A stretch of 64,000 nucleotides of DNA from Gemmatimonadota bacterium. GTDB taxonomy: Bacteria > Gemmatimonadota > Gemmatimonadetes > Palauibacterales > KS3-K002. Made by a program: the position numbers and the translations under genes. The notes under the pieces are model-generated. The model did no database searches. It was not told the DNA's origin and saw nothing but the letters and a program-made list of their open reading frames with translations. Positions 59,847-64,000 of this stretch are shown here, in pieces; the stretch's first letter is position 1, and every line of letters begins with the position of its first letter. Where the stretch lies: assembly GCA_039586795.1 (NCBI GenBank), contig JBDHJS010000004.1, positions 80,055-144,054 on the forward strand. The letters run 5' to 3'.

Positions 59847-60761
59847 ATGGTGGAGGGCAAATCTCAAGCGGGCGGACCTAAGGGTGCGCGCAAGCTCCCG
59901 GTGATGAACGCGGCTAAGGAAGGTGGTAGAGGCGCCGCCCAGGAGCCGCCGAAGCAGGCGCAGACGCCACAGGAGCCGCAGTCGATCCCGGGGATCAAGA
60001 GCGTGGTGGCGGTGAGCTCGGGGAAGGGCGGCGTCGGGAAGTCCACCGTGGCCGCCAATCTGGCGGCGGGGCTGGCGGCCGGTGGCGCGAGGGTCGGACT
60101 CATGGATGCCGACGTCTACGGGCCCAATATCCCGATCATGTTCGGCGTCTACAGTCGTCCGCAGGTGACCGCCGATGAGCGAGTCGTTCCTCTCGAGGCA
60201 CATGGCGTAAAGCTCATGAGCATCGGCTTCCTTCTGGACGAAGACACCCCGGCTATCTGGCGCGGGCCGATCGTCCAGGGGATCATCCGGCAGTTCCTGC
60301 AGCAAGTGGACTGGGGCGAACTGGACTATCTGGTGGTCGACATGCCGCCGGGAACGGGCGACGCACAGCTTTCCTTGGTCCAGCTGGTGAAGGTGGATGG
60401 ATCGATCATGGTGACGACGCCTCAAGGCGTTGCCACGGCGGATGTGCTCAAAGGGATCAAGATGTTCGAAAAGGTCGACGTGCCGGTGCTCGGTCTCGTC
60501 GAGAACATGGCCGGCTTTGCCTGCCCACACTGCGGCGAAGGTACGGACGTGTTCGGCAGCGGAGGCGGTGAAAAGCTTGCGGCTTCGGCTGGCGTTCGCT
60601 TCCTGGGTTCGATCCCGCTCGGCGCCACGGTCGTGAGCGCCGGCGACTCGGGTCGCCCAACGGTTGTCTTCGAGCCCGATACAGCGGAAGCAAAGAGCAT
60701 GATAGAGTTGGCCGAGAAGGTAGCGGGGCTGTTCGAGGGTGCCGCGGCCCCTGTGGAGTGA
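59847..60761 (+). CDS. mrp: Mrp/NBP35 (ApbC) Fe-S carrier ATPase
   Basis: SGKGGVGKST, DADVYGP, WRGP, DMPPGTGD, ENM..F.CPHC. Confidence 0.93.
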   Translation: MVEGKSQAGGPKGARKLPVMNAAKEGGRGAAQEPPKQAQTPQEPQSIPGIKSVVAVSSGKGGVGKSTVAANLAAGLAAGGARVGLMDADVYGPNIPIMFGVYSRPQVTADERVVPLEAHGVKLMSIGFLLDEDTPAIWRGPIVQGIIRQFLQQVDWGELDYLVVDMPPGTGDAQLSLVQLVKVDGSIMVTTPQGVATADVLKGIKMFEKVDVPVLGLVENMAGFACPHCGEGTDVFGSGGGEKLAASAGVRFLGSIPLGATVVSAGDSGRPTVVFEPDTAEAKSMIELAEKVAGLFEGAAAPVE

Positions 60762-60770
60762 CAGAAGAAG

Positions 60771-60846
60771 ATCACTAACACCTAATACTTAACCCTCAAT
60801 GCCCAAGTACTTTTCACTTGAGCATTGAGGGTTAAGTGTTGGTGAT
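60771..60846. repeat. Heptamer-based imperfect palindrome (family A, copy 2)
   Basis: ATCACTAACAC(CTAATAC)TTAACCCTCAATGCCCAAGT...ACTTGAGCATTGAGGGTTAAGTGTTGGTGAT; between convergent genes. Confidence 0.8.
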
Positions 60847-60857
60847 TTCGTTTCTCC

Positions 60858-61724
60858 TCAACGACGAGCGATCTTAATCCCGCCCAACGCCCCACTAACC
60901 GTAATCGTCAAGTGATGACGCGCGTCGTCCCAGTTGCGGCTCAGCCACACGCCGTCGCCCTGCTCGACGAGCCCCGGCGCATCAAACGACATCAGGAACG
61001 TGCTCTTCTCAACACGAACGCCAAGATCGTCCGGTACCCTGATCTCGATGCCACCCAGGCCGACATTGATGTCTGCCGTCGCATCGTGCTTCCACTCGCC
61101 GGAGAAGTCGAGCTCGAGGTCTCCCACACCGCCGGAGAACGAGATCCGCTCACACCGCGAGTTCCCCAGATCATCGACTCGAAACGCGGCAGCGGCCGCC
61201 TTGAACGAACAATACTCGGCGGTCCCGCGGTTCGGCTCGCTGAATCGGATGTGTGTGTCGCTCGCCCCAGTCTCGTACACCAGCTTCTCGAGGTTCAGGC
61301 CGCCGAAGTCCAGATCCGCCTCCGCGGCACCCAGCTTGATGTTAACAGCCAGCGGCGTGTTGCTCGGAAGCCCGACGCTCAGGCTGCCGCCCTCGTACTC
61401 GTAGTCGTCGTCGAAGTCCCAGTCGTTGTCGAGACCTTCGATCTCGATACGGAGGCTTCCGTGTCCGTCGGATTCGAAGTAGTCACTGCGCAGGTCGAAG
61501 ACGTCTTCGTCGTACCGCGTGTTCACCCGGTAGAGCAGCCGGTCGGAACCTCGCTCGAGGTTGAATCGGCCTACGGCGTACTTGATTCTGACATCCAGGA
61601 AATCCTGGCCGCGGTTCTGGCGGCTCTTCGACTCGGTGCGCCAGCTCTGAGCCGCCAGCGGGGCCGCCGTCACGAGCACCAGCAGGGCGGCGAGTATCGA
61701 AGCGGTCTTCTTGTTCATATCCAT
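60858..61724 (-). CDS. Secreted toast-rack/LiaF-like beta-solenoid protein
   Basis: Signal peptide; repeated GAAEADLDF / GGVGDLELDF / GLGGIEIRVP / GALGGIKI units. Confidence 0.72.
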   Translation of the reverse strand: MDMNKKTASILAALLVLVTAAPLAAQSWRTESKSRQNRGQDFLDVRIKYAVGRFNLERGSDRLLYRVNTRYDEDVFDLRSDYFESDGHGSLRIEIEGLDNDWDFDDDYEYEGGSLSVGLPSNTPLAVNIKLGAAEADLDFGGLNLEKLVYETGASDTHIRFSEPNRGTAEYCSFKAAAAAFRVDDLGNSRCERISFSGGVGDLELDFSGEWKHDATADINVGLGGIEIRVPDDLGVRVEKSTFLMSFDAPGLVEQGDGVWLSRNWDDARHHLTITVSGALGGIKIARR

Positions 61725-61737
61725 CAACTCCAGGGCC

Positions 61738-63315
61738 TCAACTGGCCTGCTCCATCGAATCGAAATTCTCGGCCAGCGGATCGGACGGCATCGGGACCTC
61801 GCGAGGTCGCGCGTAAGTCCGACGTGTTCCGGCACGAGACAACAGCGCAGCTCCGAACCCGGCTGTGGATGCCACCCAGGTCAGGATCCAGGCGGAAGCG
61901 ATCAGAAGATTGTGCGCCCAACCCAGAATCGGCGACGCCATGTCGGTGAACGCTGCGCCCACAAACAGCGCCAGGAGCACGCCGAGTCCATTTAGCACGT
62001 AGTAGTACGAGTTGGACCGCCGCATACGGGACGCCCAGGCCGGGAACCGGAAACGCGTCAGATTCTCTCCCGCGGCATGCGCCACCGCGATGTAGCCAAA
62101 CAGGCTCAACAGCATGGCGGCGATGATATAGAACGGAACCGCGATCGCCGTGATCACGAGGACGGCCATCACGACCGCTATCGGGAGGAAGAGGATCTGT
62201 CCGGCGATCCCCGCCAGGAACGATCGTCCGAAACTGTACGAGACTGTGTCGCTTACCGTTTCCAGATGTCCGCGGAAGAAGTAGACCGCGATTGCGCCCA
62301 GGAAGGCGAACAGGAAGTACATCGCGATGGTTTTCGCCAGACCGCCCAGTCCACGGCCAATGCTGCCGAAGAATGACGGCGGGCCGTGGCGTCTGCGGAC
62401 GACAATATCAGAAACGGCGGGCACCCGGATGACCGACGTGATCTCTTCCAGCGATCGGATCGACCCGTTCACGACGCCCTGGTTGTGCACAGAGGCGTCA
62501 ATCCCGATCACATCACCTTCAATCAGTCCCGTCGACGTGATGAGAAGCGCGCCATCCGCCACCAGTATATTGGCCCCCACCGTTCCGGCGATAACCGCGT
62601 CGGTCTCCACCAGAATCAGCATCTCGTCCAGTCGCGCGCCTTCCGGCAGGCGGTATTCATCTGCCTCGATCACCACGCGTACCGGTGTGTCCAGATCACC
62701 GTTCAGGGCCCGGGAAAGCTCGCCGGTCAGGCCAATTCTCTCGAAGGAGCTGGGCAGCCCCTCGAGCTCGGAGAGTTCGACCACCAGGCCGCCGATCACG
62801 ACCGCTTCGATCGATTCGGCCAGGTCTTGAGCGAAGTCTTCCACGATCTCCGTCGTCACTGCCGCGTTCGCCGCCGCCTCCGCCGCGGATTCGCTCGCCA
62901 CTTCCGCGGCGAGCTCCGCCGCTTCCGCTGAGACTTCGGCGTAGAGCGGTGCCAACGCTTCAGCGATACGACCGGCTGTCTCCTCTTCGCTACCGAACTC
63001 GGCACTCAAGAACCTGGACCACGCCGCGTCGAATTCTCCGCTGCCGATTCCCGCCAGCAGGCCACGCCAGGCGCTGTCAAGGAAGCCACCGTCGTCATAG
63101 GTGCCGACCTCGCTTCCGCCGATGTATACGGTCCCGTTCTCGAGTCCGATCTCTAGCACGCGTCCGTCGGCCAGCTCGAGTTCGAGCAACGCGGCGCCTG
63201 GACTCGTGGTCACGGAAGTCTGGAGGACCTCGCTCGTCGCCTCCTGACCGGCCAGCACGGCCGGTGCCGCCAACGCGGCCACAAACAGCCCGATGAAACT
63301 CACCCGCTTAAGCAT
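61738..63315 (-). CDS. Membrane protein with bactofilin-like beta-helix and C-terminal multi-TM domain
   Basis: Signal peptide, IAGTV/IEGDV/VNGSI repeats, C-terminal TM helices ending GFGAALLSR.G. Confidence 0.65.
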   Translation of the reverse strand: MLKRVSFIGLFVAALAAPAVLAGQEATSEVLQTSVTTSPGAALLELELADGRVLEIGLENGTVYIGGSEVGTYDDGGFLDSAWRGLLAGIGSGEFDAAWSRFLSAEFGSEEETAGRIAEALAPLYAEVSAEAAELAAEVASESAAEAAANAAVTTEIVEDFAQDLAESIEAVVIGGLVVELSELEGLPSSFERIGLTGELSRALNGDLDTPVRVVIEADEYRLPEGARLDEMLILVETDAVIAGTVGANILVADGALLITSTGLIEGDVIGIDASVHNQGVVNGSIRSLEEITSVIRVPAVSDIVVRRRHGPPSFFGSIGRGLGGLAKTIAMYFLFAFLGAIAVYFFRGHLETVSDTVSYSFGRSFLAGIAGQILFLPIAVVMAVLVITAIAVPFYIIAAMLLSLFGYIAVAHAAGENLTRFRFPAWASRMRRSNSYYYVLNGLGVLLALFVGAAFTDMASPILGWAHNLLIASAWILTWVASTAGFGAALLSRAGTRRTYARPREVPMPSDPLAENFDSMEQAS

Positions 63316-63925
63316 TGACCTGATTCCTCGACGGTTGATAGCCGGTCACGCGATAGAGCATCCAAATCGCCAGCCCGGAGACCACGGTCATGAGGGCTAG
63401 CGCTCCCACTATGCCTAGCCCGGAAACTTCGCTCGTTCTGCTCCACAGATCGGTGATCCCGCTCAGGTGCAGGAACGCACCGATTCGGATCACCGCCTCG
63501 AGCATGAGCTGCCTGATATAGGCGAAGAAACCTGTGAAGAGCGTTCTGATCGGCACACCCAGCCGCGTCTGCAGCAGCGCTGTTCCGAACAGCAGCGTGA
63601 CAGACCACGCCACTACCGCCCCGACTGCCACCGGCCGTAGACGACGGAGCAGCCCGGGTAGCCAGACGGCCGCCACGACCTCCTCTTCGGTCGGCTGTCG
63701 GAGCTGGGCCATCACCGCATCGTCAAACGAGCGGGACGGCTCCAGGGGCTCGAGCGTCGCCAGGGCATGAAATAGCCCTCGCCACTCGACTTCCTGGGCC
63801 CGACAGGCCTCGCAAGTCTCGAGGTGGCCTTGAATCGCCCCGGTGTCGTGGGCCTCGGTTTCACCCGCCGCCCACCTCTCCAGGGCCAGATCGGAGAGGT
63901 GTCCCTCAGTTGTCCAAGTTTTCAT
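63308..63925 (-). CDS. zf-HC2 (ZAS) transmembrane anti-sigma factor
   Basis: H...HLETCEAC motif followed by TM helices. Confidence 0.82.
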   Translation of the reverse strand: MKTWTTEGHLSDLALERWAAGETEAHDTGAIQGHLETCEACRAQEVEWRGLFHALATLEPLEPSRSFDDAVMAQLRQPTEEEVVAAVWLPGLLRRLRPVAVGAVVAWSVTLLFGTALLQTRLGVPIRTLFTGFFAYIRQLMLEAVIRIGAFLHLSGITDLWSRTSEVSGLGIVGALALMTVVSGLAIWMLYRVTGYQPSRNQVNA

Positions 63926-63950
63926 ATCATACCTGCCCGCTGTGGTGCAT

Positions 63951-63977
63951 TACGGGGTGAGGGGCCAAAAGGTTTCA
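63951..63977 (-). promoter_or_regulatory. Putative ECF sigma promoter (SigW-like)
   Basis: TGAAAC-N17-CGTA on the minus strand, 25 nt before the anti-sigma ATG. Confidence 0.65.
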
Positions 63978-64000
63978 TGGGATTCTGGGACTCTGGGATT

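Overview
GC-rich bacterial chromosome segment, probably Gemmatimonadota (inferred from gene content and protein style). It is mostly housekeeping and envelope genes: tamA/tamB, htpX, uvrA, pspA locus, acpS, guaB, two lytic transglycosylases, moaC, holB, envC-ftsX-ftsE, pdxA, surA-like PPIases, mfd, lepA, ROK and PfkB kinases, an orphan wzc, nifU/mrp and an anti-sigma operon. I recognised no rRNA, tRNA, CRISPR array, transposase or prophage. Signals the ORF track misses: (1) a GrdB/PrdB-family selenoprotein split at an in-frame UGA (UxxC motif) followed by a SECIS-like hairpin; (2) a 184-nt rod-like structured RNA candidate in front of an SLT gene; (3) the same ECF-type promoter motif (GAAAC-N17-CGTA) in front of both the pspA locus and the anti-sigma/toast-rack operon; (4) a STAS-HATPase plus STAS-wHTH partner-switching-like pair; (5) tandem membrane-anchored Ser/Thr kinases; (6) two dispersed heptamer-based repeat families, a 49-aa unannotated membrane ORF and two gene remnants. 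All family calls come from motif recognition by eye, not database searches. Several start codons were moved from the ORF track using RBS or gene-overlap evidence.
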